A stretch of 64,000 nucleotides of DNA from Malacoraja senta (GCA_038087875.1 CM075995.1:808001-872000); one strand, 5' to 3'; counted from the first letter of the stretch, positions 50,410 to 63,897 are shown. Program-made: numbers and translations. The notes: a model not told the origin generated them from the letters alone.

Positions 50410-51088
50410 CAGGGGTGGGGAACCTGCGGCCTTAAGGCCACATGCGGCCTTCTAGGCCATTAAGTGTGGCCTTTTGAATGAATCCAAATTTTGTAGAACA
50501 AATCCTTTTATTTTTATTCAAGAAGGAACTGCAGATGCTGGAAAATCGAAGGTAGACAAAAATGCTGGAGAAACTCAGCGGGTGAGGCAGCATCTATGGA
50601 ACGAAGGAAATAGGCAACGTTTCGGGTCGAGACCCTTCTTCAGGTCTGAAAAATTCTCCCTTCTCCCTTCTGGCTAGAATGCCTGGGCTTTATTGGGAGG
50701 ATTCTGACAAGCTTCAGACCTGAAGAAGGGTCTCGACCCGAAACGTCGCCTATTTCCTTCGCTCCATAGATGCTGCCTCACCCGCTGAGTTTCTGCACCA
50801 TTTTTATCTACCTTTTATTTTTATTAATATGTTTTTGTTCGTCTTTTATTATTTTTATTTTAATCTTAAAATGAACGCATTTAAAATACCAAAGTGTAAA
50901 AGAAGATTCAACTAAATAATCCTCCCCGACTGACGGCCACAATTAAAACATTAGTAAGTCACGAGGGCTATTTTAACAAAATAATGTACATTTTGAAGTA
51001 TATCTAATTGAAGTTTCTTGGATGCGGCCTTATTAGATTACAGCTAACTAAATGCGGCATTCCAACATGAAAAGGTTTCCCACCCCTG
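50410..51088. mobile_element. Non-autonomous hAT transposon with nested inverted Penelope tails (about 50520-50813)
   Basis: TIR CAGGGGTGGGGAACCT ... AGGTTTCCCACCCCTG, imperfect TTTAAA TSD. The nested insert is flanked by TTTATTTTTATT. Confidence 0.75.
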
Positions 51089-51829
51089 TTTAAATTATTC
51101 CATATACTGAATGTAGACCACAGGTTAGAGGGCAGAAGGGATACAGGAAGTTCGTACAAAATGGAGATATGCTGTGGAAGAAGTCTCACTGATACTAATT
51201 TTCAAATAGCTAGCACAAGCATCATACCCAGAGGCCTTCATTCTGTGCTGCATGAGTTTAGTTTATTGTCACGTGTACCGAGGTACAGTGAAAAGCTTTT
51301 GTTGTGGGCTAACCAGTCAGTGGAAAGACAATACATGATTACAATGATAAGGGAATATCATTTTGTGCAAGATAAAGCCAGTAACGTCCGATCAAAGATA
51401 GTCCGTGGGTCTCCAATTGAGGTAGAGAGTAGTTCAGGACTGCTCTCTGGTTGTGGTAGGATGGTTCAGTTGCCTGATAACAGCTGGGAAGAAACTGTCC
51501 CTGAATCTGGAGGTGTGCGTTTTGCACTTCTATACCTTTCGCCCGAATGGAGAGGGGAGAGAGGGAACGGCAGGGGATCGAGACTGGTCCTTGATTATGC
51601 TGCCGGCCCTGCCGAGGCAGCGTGAAGTGTAGCTGGAAGTGCTCAGTAGGTCAGTCAACATTTTTTGGGAAAATAAAATGTTTAAAAGACACTGTAGGTT
51701 TTCAATGTTTCAGCAATAAACTCTGCTTTTGTTTCAAATTTCCTGTTCTTTTTTTTATTAAATCACCTCAAATCACCTTGATTTTATTTTAAAGTAACAT
51801 TGTGAAGGAGGTAACTGCAGATGCTGACT

Positions 51830-52405
51830 TAAACCTCCTCCAACCTCATCTAATGTATCCGTTGTTTAAGATGTGGACTCTTTTTATCGGCGAGACCAAA
51901 CGTAGACTGGGCGATCGCTTCGCGGAACACCTTCGCTCAGCCCGCCTGAACCAAACTGATCTCCCGGTTGCTAAACACTTTAATTCTCCTTCCCATTCCC
52001 ACATTGACCTTTCTGTCCTGGGTCTCGTCCATTGTCAGAGTGAGGCTAATGCAAATTGGAGTAACACCATCTCATATTTCGCTTGGGCAGCTTACAGCCC
52101 AGTGGTATGATATTGATTTCCCTAACTTCAAGTAACCCCGGCATTCCTTCTCTCTCTATCCCTCCCCCACCCAAGTCACACCAGCTTCTCGCTTTTCACC
52201 CAACAAACAGCTAACAATGGCCTGTTTCCTTTATCATCGTTACTTTATTGCATATCTTTCATTCATCGTTCTTATCTCCCTACATCAGCGTCTATATCTC
52301 GTTTCCCTTTTCCCTGACTAGTCTGAAGAAGTGTCTCGACCCAAATCGTCACCCGTTCCTTCTCTCCAGAGATGCTGCCTGTCCCGCTGAGTTACTCCAG
52401 CTTTT
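51830..52405 (+). mobile_element. Degenerate Penelope-like GIY-YIG fragment and tail
   Basis: FIGETKRRLGDRFAEH...VAKHFNSPSHSH followed by the CTGAAGAAG tail. Confidence 0.8.
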
Positions 52406-52668
52406 TGCACGTATCTTTGAAGTAACATTTGTGGCTTGCATTTCTGTACTCCTTCCAAGCAGTTTGCCCAATTCTTACAGATCTTTGATACTTTCCGGAG
52501 CTTCTGCTACACTGCTGGCCAATTTCCAACATTAAATCTCCCGAAGGGTTCTTACCAAAGAATGTTGGCATTAAGGCCTTTAAATTGCAATGCTCAAGAC
52601 AACAAAATCAGCATTCAAACTGGAGCAACATGGAACTGCAGGTGATGGTTTACCGAAGAAAGACATAA

Positions 52669-52862
52669 AGTGCTGGAGTAACTCAGCAGGTCAGGCAGCA
52701 TCTGTGGAGAACATGGATAGGTGACGTTTCACAGAGTGCTGGAGTAACTCAGCGGGTCAGGCAGCATCTGTGGAGAACATGGATAGGTGACGTTTCACAC
52801 AGTGCCGGAGTAACTCAGCGGGTCAGGCAGCATCTCTGGTGAACATGGATAGGTGACGTTTC
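52669..52862. repeat. 66-bp tandem triplication of the Penelope-tail repeat
   Basis: Units start at 52669, 52735 and 52801 (AGTGCTGGAGTAACTCAGC...GACGTTTCAC). Confidence 0.9.
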
Positions 52863-53804
52863 GGGTCTGGATCCTTCTTCACTGATTACAGGGGTAAATA
52901 GAGCTGGAAGAGTGGGACAAAGCAAGGTTTGTAATCGGTAAACGCAGGCGAGGGAGTTGGTAGTCAGAGGGGGTAGTTGAGGCATGCACTATCCCAAGGT
53001 TTAAGAAACATTTAGACAGGCGCATGGATGGGACAGGTTTAGAGGGGTATGGGCCAAGCGCAGGCAGGTGGGACCAGAGTAGATGGCACATGTTGGCCAG
53101 TGTGGGCAAGTTGGGCTGAAGGGTCAGTTTCCACGCTGTATCACTCTATGACTCTTCACAGATGCTATCGGCGTCATTTAGTTGTGCAACGGTAGAGTTG
53201 CTGCCTTACAGCGCTAGCAGTGCCGGTGATCTGGGTTCGATCCCGACTACGGGTGCTGTCTGTACGGAGTTTGTACGTTCTCCCCGTGACTGCGTGTGTT
53301 TTCTCCGAGATCTTCGGTTTCCTCCCACACTCCAAAGACGTGCAGGTACGTAGGTTAATTGGCTCGGTGTATGTGTAAATTGTCTCTAGTGTGTGTAGGA
53401 TAGTGTTAATGTGCGGGGATCGCAGGTCGGCACGGACTCGGTGGGACGAAGGGCCTGTTTCCGGGCTGTATCTCTAAACTAAACTTAACTAGTTATTCAG
53501 TATTTTCTGTTAATGGAGATTCTAGGCCATTATATTTTATATTCATGTTTCATATTATAAATTGGTATTTATTTGCATTCATCTCCATCAGTTATGTATT
53601 CCATGTGGCTAATTAATATTGATTCCGTTTTATGGTACCATCAGTTATTCTGCATTTAAAAAGAAATGAAGTGGTGGCGTGGTGTAAAAGAAAAACAAAG
53701 TCAGTGTAACAACAGAGCCACCTAGCTATCAAAGACTATACCAAAGACACCCTTCATATCTTGCTAGACACATAATGCTGGAGTAACTCAGCGGGACAGG
53801 CAGC

Positions 53805-54830
53805 ATCTCTGGAACGCAGGGCACGGAAGGAGAACTGTTTGACTGTTGGTACTTCTTCGACTTCCTTAGAAGGTTTAGGAAGTTCAGCAAGTCCCCAACA
53901 ACTCTCACCAACTTCTACAGATGCGCCACAGAAAGCATTTTATCCGGATGCATCGCTGCTTGGTTTGGGAACAGCTCCATCCAAGACCGCAAGAAATTGC
54001 CGGCAATTGTGGACGCAGCCCAGACCATCACGCAAACTAACCTCCCTTCCATTGACTCCATTTACACCTCACGCTGCCTCGGCAAGGCCAGCAGCATGAT
54101 CAAGGACGAGTCGCACCCTGGCCACTCCCTCTTCTCTCCTTCTCCCATCGGGCAAGAGGTACAGACGTGTGAAAACGCACCCCTCAAGATTCAGGGACAG
54201 TTTCTTCCCAGCTGTTATCAGGCAACTGAACCATCCTACCACAACCAGAGAACAGTCCTGAACTACTGTCTACCTCATGGGTGACCCTTGGACTATCTTT
54301 GATCGGACTTTACTGGCTTTACAATAGACAATAGACAATAGGTGCAGGAGCAGGCCATTTGGCCCTTCGAGCCAGCACCGCCATTCAATGTGATCATGGC
54401 TGATCATCCCCAATCAGTACCCCCGTTCCTGCCTTCTCCCCATATCCCCTGACTCCGCTATTTTTTAAGAGCCCTATCTAGCTCTCTCTTGAAAGTATCC
54501 AGAGAACCGGCCTCCACCGCCCTCTGAGGCAGAGAATTCCACAGACTCACCACTCTCTGTGAGAAAAAGTGTTTTCTCGTCTCCGTTCTAAATGGCTTAC
54601 TCCTTATTCTTAAACTGTGGTTTACCTTGCACTAAACGTAATTCCCTTATCATGTGCTGTACATTGTAAATGGCTCGATTGTAATCATGTATTGTCTGGC
54701 GGTGCTGGCTCGAAGGGCCGAATGGCCTGCTCCTGCACCTATTGTCTATTGTCTTTCCGCTGGCTGGACAGCACGCAACAAAAGCTTTTCGCTCTTCCTC
54801 GGTACACGTGACAATAAACTCCACTGAACA
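53805..54830 (+). mobile_element. Rex1/Babar-like LINE 3' fragment with nested CR1 tail (about 54321-54620, minus)
   Basis: Frameshifted AWFGNSSIQDRKKL...DAAQTITQTNLPSIDSIYTSRC and SFFPAVIRQLN. Tail GTGACAATAAAC. Confidence 0.65.
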
Positions 54831-55726
54831 GAACTGGTATCTGTAATCCGGGTTGGGTCCGAACTGGGATGTCCGGAACCGGAGCTGGAATCCCCGAGGC
54901 AGAAGATGGAAGCGGTGGCAAGCACGGAGTGAACACACCGTGGTCACTATGGTAACAAGGCCGGGTTAAAATATGGTGTTGGGGGCGGAGAGCAGGAGGG
55001 GGTGTTTAAAGAACTTTCGTCGGAGAGAGGCGGAGAACTCCCTCAAAGTAGGCACAGCTTGCTAATCGATAACGTGGCATTGTTTAAAGTAAAAAATAAC
55101 CAAGTATATTTGCGACAGATTTTTTTATTAGGTAAGGGCATCAAGGTTCATGGAGCAAAAAGTCTTGAATGTTGATTACTAGTCTTTATCTTGCACTAAA
55201 TGTTATTCACGATATTCCCATTATCATGCATCTGTACACTGTGGATGGCTCATTTGTAATCATGTATTGTCTTTCCACTGACTGGTTTGCACTCAATAGC
55301 TTTTCACTGCACCTCAGTACGTGACAATAAACTAATGACTAGCTCATTAACTTTACCACTAACTTCAAACCCTGCCCTCAAATTCACTTGGACTATCTCC
55401 GACACCTATCTCCCCTTTCTTGTTCTCTCTGTCTCCATCACAGGGGACAGACCGTCCACTAAACGTCTACTACAAACCTACCAACTACTCCCACAGCTAT
55501 CTGGACTGCACCTCCTATGCAAAGACGCTACACCCTTGCTCCCAATTTCTCCATCTCTGTCGCATCTGTTCCTCAGATGAGGCTTCTATTCTAGGACATC
55601 CGTGATGTCCACTTTCTTTAGTAAATGTGGTTCCCCCCCAACGCCCCGCTGCCTCACCCATGGGGAGAAGGCAGGAAAATGGGGTTAGGAGGAGGGATAG
55701 GTCAGCCATGGTGGAATATACCATAT

Positions 55727-56517
55727 AGGAGATTGAGAGGGGATCTTATAGAAACGTACAAAATTCTTCTGGGGTTGGACAGGCTAGATGCAGGAAGATT
55801 GTTCCCGATGTTGGGGCAGTCCAGGACAAGGGGTCACAGCTTAAGGATAAGGGGAAATCCTTTAAGACCGAGATGAGGAAAAACTTTTTCACACAGAGAG
55901 TGGTGAATCTCTGGAACTCTCTGCCACAGAGGGTAGTTGAGGCCAGTTCATTGGCTATATTTAAGAGGGAGTTAGATGTGGCCCTTGTGGCTAAAGGGAT
56001 CAGGGGGTATGGAGAGAAGGCAGGTACGGGATACTGAGTTGGATGATCAGCCATGATCATATTGAATGGCAGTGCAGGCTCGAAAGGCCGAATGGCCTAC
56101 TCCTGCACCTATTTTCTATGTATCTATATCTATGAATGGCGGAGTTGACTTGATGGCCGAATGGCCTAATTCTACTCCTATCCCTTGTGACCTTATGACC
56201 CCCATTTTTTTTCAATGTCCCCTCGTTCTTCTCCGGCTCCCCCTCTTCCCAGATGGCAGAAAGATAGAGTTCCCCTGGTCTTTAGGGAAACACCTTTTCT
56301 CACAGAGAGTTGTGAGTCTGTGGGAGGTGGAGGTGGGTTCTCTGGATACTTTTAAGAGAGAGCTAGCTAGGGCTCTTAAAGATAGCGGAGTCAGGGGATA
56401 TGGGGAGAAGGCAGGAACGGGGTACTGATTGGGGATGATCAGCCATGATCACATTGAATGGCGGTGCTGGCTCGAAGGGCCGAATGGCCTACTCCTGCAT
56501 CTATTGTCTATTGTCTA
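55727..56517 (+). mobile_element. CR1-clade LINE tails nested in a Penelope-like fragment (about 55360-57030)
   Basis: RRLRGDLIETYKI motif. Flanks resemble Penelope RT (LPFL.LSVSI, YYKPT..HSYL) and linker sequence. Confidence 0.7.
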
Positions 56518-57861
56518 GTTTTACCCCTGGCCATAAGCTCATAGGTTCCAGGAGCAGAATTAGGCCGTTCAGCCCATCGAGTCTACTCCGCCATTCAACC
56601 ATGGCTGATCTATCTCTCCCTCTATCCCCATTCTCCTGCCTTCGCCCGACACCCCTGACACCCGTGCCAATCAAAATTCTGTCGATCTCCGCCAGCCTCC
56701 ATCTCCGACAAATCATCCGCCGAAGTGATCCCACCACCACTCGCACCTTCCCCTCCCCACCCCTTCCCACCTTCCCCCAGAGACCGCTCCCACCACAACT
56801 CCTTGGTTCACTCAGCCCTTCCCACCCAAACCACCGTCCTGCCCGGTACCTTCCCATGGAACTGCGGGTGATGCAACACCTGACCCTGTACCTCCTCCCT
56901 CGCCTCCAACCAGGGACCCCCTCCCCCCCCAGCAGTCCTTCCAGGTGAGACAGAGGCTCACCTGCACCTCCTCTAACCTCATCGACTGCACCTGGTGCGG
57001 GCCTTCCGTACGTTGCCGAGAGCTTGCACTCTCGACGAGGCCGAATGGATCTCCTGATTGAGAGTCAGTGACAGTGACTCAGCGGGTCAGGCAGCATCTC
57101 CATGGAGAACATGGACAGGTGACGTTTCGGATCTGAAGAAGGCGCCAGGACCTGAGACACGCCTTGACCATGTTCTCCAGAGATGTTGCCTGACCCGCTG
57201 AGTTATTCCAGCACTTTGGGATTTATAGCTGTTAGCACCAGGCGGCACAGTGTTCAAGAGTTCTAGGAGCAGAATTAGGCCATTCGGCCCATCAAATCTA
57301 CTCCGCCGTTCAATTATGGCTGATTTATCTTTCCCTCTAAAACCCCATTCTCCTGCCTTCTCTCCATAACCCCTGACACCCGCACTAATCAATCTCCGCC
57401 TAAAAAATATCCATTGACTTGGCCTCCACAGCCGCCTGTGATAATAAATTGCACATATTCACCACCCCATGACTAAAGAAATTCCTTCTCATCTCCTTCC
57501 TAAAGTAACGCCCTTTTATTCTGAGGCTTCCTAAAGTAACGCCCTTTTATTCTGACCTCTGGTCCTAGACTCTCCCACCAATGGAAACATCCTCTCCACA
57601 TCCACTCTATCCAAGCCTTTCATTATTCAGTTAGTTTTAAATGAGGTTCCCCCCCCACCCTTCATCCTTCTAAACTCCAGCGACTACAGGCCCAGTGCCT
57701 TTAAAAGCTCTTCGTACGTTAACCGAATCATTCCTAGGAGCATTCTCGTGTCGGGAAACTTCTATCGCTTCTGCATATTTTGTGACTCTTTGGGCAGGTT
57801 CACCGCCTTTGTAAAAGCCAAACATATTTAACATAAAATTCAAAAATCATCACAGACAACT

Positions 57862-57867
57862 TTTATT
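57862..57867 (-). terminator. Probable stmnd1 polyadenylation signal AATAAA
   Basis: AATAAA about 180 nt after the stop, followed by GU/U-rich sequence (GTTGTCTGTGATGATTTTTG). Confidence 0.55.
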
Positions 57868-58049
57868 GACTCCGAATATTTTTTTCTCACAATGACTTTT
57901 GTAGACTTTGGCAATCTGTAGATCATGACAATGCAACGTGATGTCAAAAAAAAAACAAAAAAACAGAAACCTCCACCCCCTCCCCTCCCCATCCCCCCCC
58001 CCCCCCCCAGACACTAACAAGCAATTGATACAGGATTTGTGAAGTGGGT

Positions 58050-58355
58050 TCAGCTTTTGTTCACAGTTATTTCTTCAGCCGGTGGTGCCATCGAATAATA
58101 GCGATCTTCACAACTAGCCTTGCTCTCTTGCTGGTTAGGTCCCGTTCTGCCATCCAGCTGGTCATTCCTGTCTTTTCCCTTCGGCCCCTCCTGCAATTCT
58201 TGCTGGAATTCCTTCTGCTGGATGGCTATCTTCTCAACAATTTCCTCCAAGGTCGCGTGTTCGGGAACTGGCGGCATTTCAGTCGATTGCCCATCCATCG
58301 TCAACACTGAAGAATTAAACTTATTCAGTCTTTCCTTTAACTTGACTTCTTTCAT
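58050..58355 (-). CDS. stmnd1: STMND1 terminal coding exon
   Basis: Acceptor TGTTTGTTTTAG|ATG, phase 0. Reads MKEVKLKERLNKF...EEITVNKS*, continuing the coiled coil after RRK. Stop TGA at 58052-58050. Unique sequence. Confidence 0.8.
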   Translation of the reverse strand: MKEVKLKERLNKFNSSVLTMDGQSTEMPPVPEHATLEEIVEKIAIQQKEFQQELQEGPKGKDRNDQLDGRTGPNQQESKASCEDRYYSMAPPAEEITVNKS

Positions 58356-58424
58356 CTAAAACAAACATTGCTTTTTTGTTTTATTCATTAAGGCATACGC
58401 AAAGCTAGCATTTACTTCTAGAGG

Positions 58425-59652
58425 GGCCGGAATACAACACAAAAAAAAACAGGGATGTAATGCTGAGGCTCTACAAGGCCCTGGTCAGGCCGCATTTGGA
58501 GCACTGTCGGCAAGTCTGGGCCCCATATCCGAGGAAGGATGTGCTGCCGCTGGAGAGGGTCCAGAGGAGGTTTACGAGAATGACTCCAGGAATGGTAATG
58601 TTAAAATGTTGTAATGTTAAAATTGTACAAGGCATTGGTGAGGCCAATTCTGGAGTATGGTGTACGATTTTGGTCGCCAAATTATAGGAAAGATGTCAAC
58701 AAAATAGAGAGAGTACAGAGGAGATTTACTAGAATGTTGCCTGGGTTTCAGCACCTAAGTTACAGAACAAGATAGGTCTTTATTCTTTGGAGCACAGAAG
58801 GTTAAGGGGGGACTTGATAGAGGTCTTTAAAAGTATGAGAGGGTTAGACAGAGTTGACGTGGATAAGCTTTTTCAATTGAGAGTAGGGAAGATTCAAACA
58901 AGAGGACATGATTTGAGAATGAAGGGACAAAAGTTTAGGGGTAACATGAGGGGGAACTTCTTTACTCAGAGAGTGGTAGCTGTGTGGAATGAGCTTCCAG
59001 TGGAAGTGGTGGAGGCAGGTTCGATTTTATCATTTAAAAATAAATTGGATAGGTATATGGACGGGAAAGGAATGGAGGGTTATGGTCTGAGTGCAGGTAG
59101 ATGGGACTAGGTGAGAGTAAGTGTTCGGCACGGACTAGAAGGGCCGAGATGGCCTGTTTCCGTGCTATAATTGTTATATGGTTTTATAATGAGTTGTGAT
59201 AACATATGATGAGCGTTTGACAGCACTGGGCCTGTACTCGCTGGAGTTTAGAAGGATGAGGTGGGGGGACCTCATTGAAACGTACAGAATAGTGAAAGGC
59301 CTGGATAGAGTGGATGTGGAGAGGATGTTTCCATTAGTGGGACAGTCTAGGACCAGAGGTCATAGCCTCAGAATTAAAGGACTTTCCTTTAGGAAGGAGA
59401 TGAGGGGGAATTTATTTGGTCAGAAGGTGGTAAATTTGTCAAATTCTTTGCCACAGAAGGCTGTGGAGGCCATGTCAATGGATATTTTTAAGGCAGCATT
59501 AGATAGATTCTTGATTAGTATGGGTGTCAGGGGTTATGGGGAGAAGGCAGGAGAATGGGGTTGGGAGGGAAAGATAGATCAGCCATGATTGAATGGCAGA
59601 GTAGACTTGATAGGGCGAATGGCCTAATTCTGCTCCTATCACTTATGACCTT
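58425..59652 (+). mobile_element. Nested CR1-clade LINE fragments of different subfamilies (stmnd1 last intron)
   Basis: LYKALVRPHLE and RRLRGDLIEVFK...WNELP motifs. One copy is inserted into another. Confidence 0.85.
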
Positions 59653-61246
59653 CTGAACTGAAGTGGCATTGCCTTTCAATATAATTTCCAATTCCACTTG
59701 AACTCCTTCAGCTCATGCCTTCCAAAGAACAATAAAAATAAATATTTCGATTTCCCAGCCAAATTTCATGGGGAGGAATTCCAGTGACAGACTTGTAATG
59801 CATTATCCTGTGTGTGAATTCCCGGCAAATTCCTTGACAGACCATGATAAATACGCTCCCACATCTTCACAGTAATATTCCCAGCAGAGGAAGTTGTCCA
59901 GCAGTAACAATTATCTCCTTATAAAATCCCACAACTTAAACCGCATTATTTTGTTTCTGTTTTTGCATGCAGAGTGCAAAATGCCATTTCATTATTCATT
60001 TAAAGTCCGAGTGTAGAATCTAGGAACTGCAGATGCTAGTTTACCAAGGAAAGGCACAAAGTGCTGGAGTAACCCAGCGGGTGGGGCAGCAACCCTGGAG
60101 AACATGGATAGGTGACGTTTCAGGTCGGGACCTTTTCTTCAGAGTCTTGAGTAGGCAGGAGTAGGCAGGAAACATGTTCCCGATGTTGGGGGAGTCCAGA
60201 ACCAGGGGCCACAGTTCAAGAATAAGGAGTAAGCCATTTAGAACGGAGACAAGGAAACACTTTTTCTCACAGAGAGTGGTGAGTCTGTGGAATTCTCTGC
60301 CTCGGTTCTCTGGATGCTTTCAAGAGAGAGCTAGATAGTGCTCTTAAAAATAGCGGAGTCAGGGGATATGGGAAGGCAGGAACGGGGTACTGATTGGGGA
60401 TGGTCAGCCATGATCACATTGAATGGCGGTGCTGGCTCGAAGGGCCAAATGGCCTACTCTTGCACCTATTGTCTATTGTCTATTGGGCCTGTTTAGAAGG
60501 ATAACGGGAGATCTCATTGAAACTTAGCGAATAGTGAAAGGCCTGGATAGAGTGGATGTGGAGAGGATGTTTCCACTAGTGGGAGAGTCCGGGACCAGAG
60601 GTCATAGCTACTGAATAAAAGTATGTGCCATTAGAAAGGAAATAAAGAGGAATATCTTTAGTCAGAGGGTGGTGAACCTGTGGAATTCTTTGCCACAGAC
60701 GTCTGTCATCGGATATTTTTAAGGCAGAGATTGACAGATTCGTGTTTACTACGGGTGTCGGGGGTTATGGGGAGAAGGCAGGAGAATGGGGTTGAGCAGG
60801 AAAGATAGATCAGCCATGATTGAATGGCGGAGCAGACTAGATGGGCGAAATGGCCTTATTCTCCTCCTAGAACTTGTGAAATTTTAAAACCGGAGCGCCC
60901 GGAGGAAATCCAGGTGGTCACCGGGAGAACGTGTGAAATCTCCACGTGGACAGTACCCAGGATCGGGATCGAACCCGGCTCTCTGGCGCTGTGAGGCAGC
61001 AGCTCTACCATACCGTGCCTCTGGTCAAGCTGTTGTGAGAAAGACCACGTTCGCATCTGGGATGGGCGACGTTTCGGGTCGAGACCCGGCCTGCAGAAGG
61101 GTCTCGATCCGAATCGTCGCCTATTCCTTCGCTCCATAGACGCTGCCTCACCCGCTGAGTTTCTCCGGCATTTTTTGTCTACCTTCGATTTTTCCAGCAT
61201 CTGCAGTCCCTTCTTAAACACTTTCACATCAGGGAAGTTACTTCAC

Positions 61247-61387
61247 CTTCCTTCTGTCGTCGGCTGTCATCATTTTATTTTCTATTTCCTCTATCGTTAC
61301 GTTGTCTTGCTTCGTGGTCTCGATCCTTAACTTATCGAGCCGGGATGGTAACTTCTTCAGGACCCCTTCGGTGGTCTTCACATCAAA
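61247..61387 (-). CDS. stmnd1: STMND1 stathmin-like domain exon (141 nt)
   Basis: Acceptor TTAG|, reads FDVKTTEGVLKKLPSRLDKLRIETTKQDNVTIEEIENKMMTADDRRK, donor AAG|GTGAAG, phase 0-0. Carries the stathmin-like signature P.RL.KL.I ... EEIE.KM..A..RRK. Confidence 0.88.
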
Positions 61388-61594
61388 CTAACTCAATCAT
61401 AAACAAAATGGTCACTGGCAAGGAATTTCAAAGGGCTAAAATATTCAAGATAAATCAATTTGCTGAGAAAATCAATTGAGTAAAGTACAGGAGTAAAATG
61501 TTGAACTCATGCAGCAGTTCATAATCAGAACTTACAACAGTACAGGACAAGAATGGTCATTGGAGACCCTCAGACTATCTTTAATATCTTTGGT

Positions 61595-62238
61595 ATGTTA
61601 GCATTCATAGCAAAAGGATTTGAGTATAAGAGCAGGGAGGTTCTACTGCAGTTGTACAGGGTCTTGGTGAGACCACACCTGGAGTATTAGGTACAGTTTT
61701 GGTCTTCTAATCTGAGGAAAGACATTCTTGCCATAGAAGGAGTACAGAGAAGGTTCACCAGACTGATTCCTGGGATGGCAGGACTTTCATATGAAGAAAG
61801 ACTGGATAGACTCGGCTTGTACTCGCTAGAATTTAGAAGATTGAGGGGGGATCTTATAGAAACGTACAAAATTCTTAAGGGGTTGGACAGGCTAGATGCG
61901 GGAAGAATGTTCCCGGTGTTGGGGAAGTCCAGAACAAGGGGTCACAGTTTAAGGATAAGGGGGAAGTCTTTTAGGACCGAGATGAGAAAATCATTTTTTA
62001 CACAGAGAGTGGTGAATCTGTGGAATTCTCTGCCACAGAAGGTAGTTGAGGCCAGTTCATTGGCTATATTTAAGAGGGAGTTAGATGTGGCCCTTGTGGC
62101 TAAAGGGATCAGGGGGTATGGAGAGAAGGCAGGGATGGGATACTGAGTTGGATAATCAGCCATGATCATATTGAATGGCGGTGCAGGCTCGAAGGGCCGA
62201 ATGGCCTACTCCTGTACCTATTTTCTATGTTTCTATGT
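61595..62238 (+). mobile_element. CR1-clade LINE 3' fragment (stmnd1 intron)
   Basis: GLSYEERLDRLGLYSLEFRRLRGDLIETYKI...WNSLP with (TTCTATG)n tail. Confidence 0.9.
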
Positions 62239-62251
62239 TTAATGCGCATAA

Positions 62252-62744
62252 AGAGCCTGTCCCACTGGCGACTGGACCTCCCCCCTACGACAATGTCTAC
62301 AACAACCAACCACCTCGTCGACGTCAAGGTACGGCAAGCTACCGACAACCGGCGACACATTAGGACGTCCACCTACGACCGCACCTACGACAACCCACGT
62401 CCACCCGCGACAAGCTACGACCCTGTCGGCGACAACTGAAGACAATTCAGTCGCCGGTTGACGTAGGTTGACGTAGGTTGACGTAGGTAGACGCCAATGG
62501 AATTCACCAGTTAGCACCGGTGACAAGCCACGACAGCACCTATGTCAGGAGAAGTCAAGCTACGCTCATTGGTGCCAAACCCACTGTTGCCGACTGTCAC
62601 CGAAAATAACCCAGTGGTGACGAGAAAGACGCTACGACTCCTTGGGCGACTGAGGGGACTACTCACGACCATACAGGCGACATCCCGGCGACCATGTGGT
62701 GACAGCCTAGTCACATAAAAAATAGCCTAAGCAGGACAGGCCCT
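62252..62744. mobile_element. PIF/Harbinger-like MITE
   Basis: AGAGCCTGTCCCACT ... AGCAGGACAGGCCCT; TAA TSD. Confidence 0.75.
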
Positions 62745-63897
62745 TAAGAGATGGGAGCAGAATTAGGCCATTCGGCCCATCAAGTCTACTCCGCCATTCA
62801 ATCATGGCTGATCTATCTTTCCCTTTCAACCCCATTCTCCTGCCTTCTCCTCGTAATCCCTGACATCGGAACTAATCAAGAATCTATCAATCCCTGCCTT
62901 AAATATATCCATTGACTTGGCAATAGACAATAGACAATAGGTGCAGGAGCAGGCCATTCGGCCCTAGGAGCCAGCACCGCCATTCAATGTGATCATGGCT
63001 GATCATCCCCAATCAGTACCCCGTTCCTACCTTCTCCCCATATCCCCTGACCGCTATTCTTAAGAGCCCTATCTAGCTCTCTCTTGAAAGCATCCAGAGA
63101 ATCTGCCTCCTCCGCCCTCTGAGGCAAAGAATTCCACAGACTCACTCACCACTCTCTGTGAGAAAAAGTGTTTCCTCGTCTCCGTTCTAAATGGCTTACT
63201 CCTTAGTCTTAAACTGTGGCCCCTGGTTCTGGAAAGCCACAGCCACAACAAAAGCTTTCCACTGTACCTCAGTACACCTGACAATAATAAACGAAACTAA
63301 ACCAGTTAGATTCCGCTCTTAGGGCTGAAGGAATGGGGGGATATGGGGAAATAGCAGGAACGGGGAACTGATTTTAGATTGTCAGCCTTGATCATATTGA
63401 ATGGGGGTGGGAGATTGCAACCTTCACGTGGTCCGCCCTGTTTCGACGAATGCAATCAACTGCACAGTCAAATAAGATCAAATAGAACAAGTTGTCCGAC
63501 AACTTTAGGCTGTGCACACCATACGCAAGAAGAAGAAGCTCATATTGAATAATTCGCTCAAAGGGCCGAATGGCCTACTGCTGCACCTATTTTTCTATGT
63601 TTCTGTTTCTAATCTGTGGCAATGAATTCCTCAGATTCGCCACCCTCTGACTAAAGAAATCCCTCCCCATCTTTATTCGGACTTCACTTTGGACTATGCC
63701 TTATTCCCTTTATCCTGCATCTGTACACTGTGGACGGCACGATTGCAATCATGTACAGTCTTTCCGCCGACTGGATAGCGCGCGACTAAAAGCTTTTCAC
63801 TGTACCCGTCTCTGTTAACACATGGTCAACGACTACATAGAAATCAATGAGATATTTGTTTCTGCTTCCACATACAGCGGATGGAAATGACACGTAC

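Noticed and set aside
61236..61241. Alternative stmnd1 donor GAA|GTAACT 5 nt downstream
   Set aside because: It would shift the frame relative to the phase-0 terminal exon; AAG|GTGAAG preserves the coiled coil.
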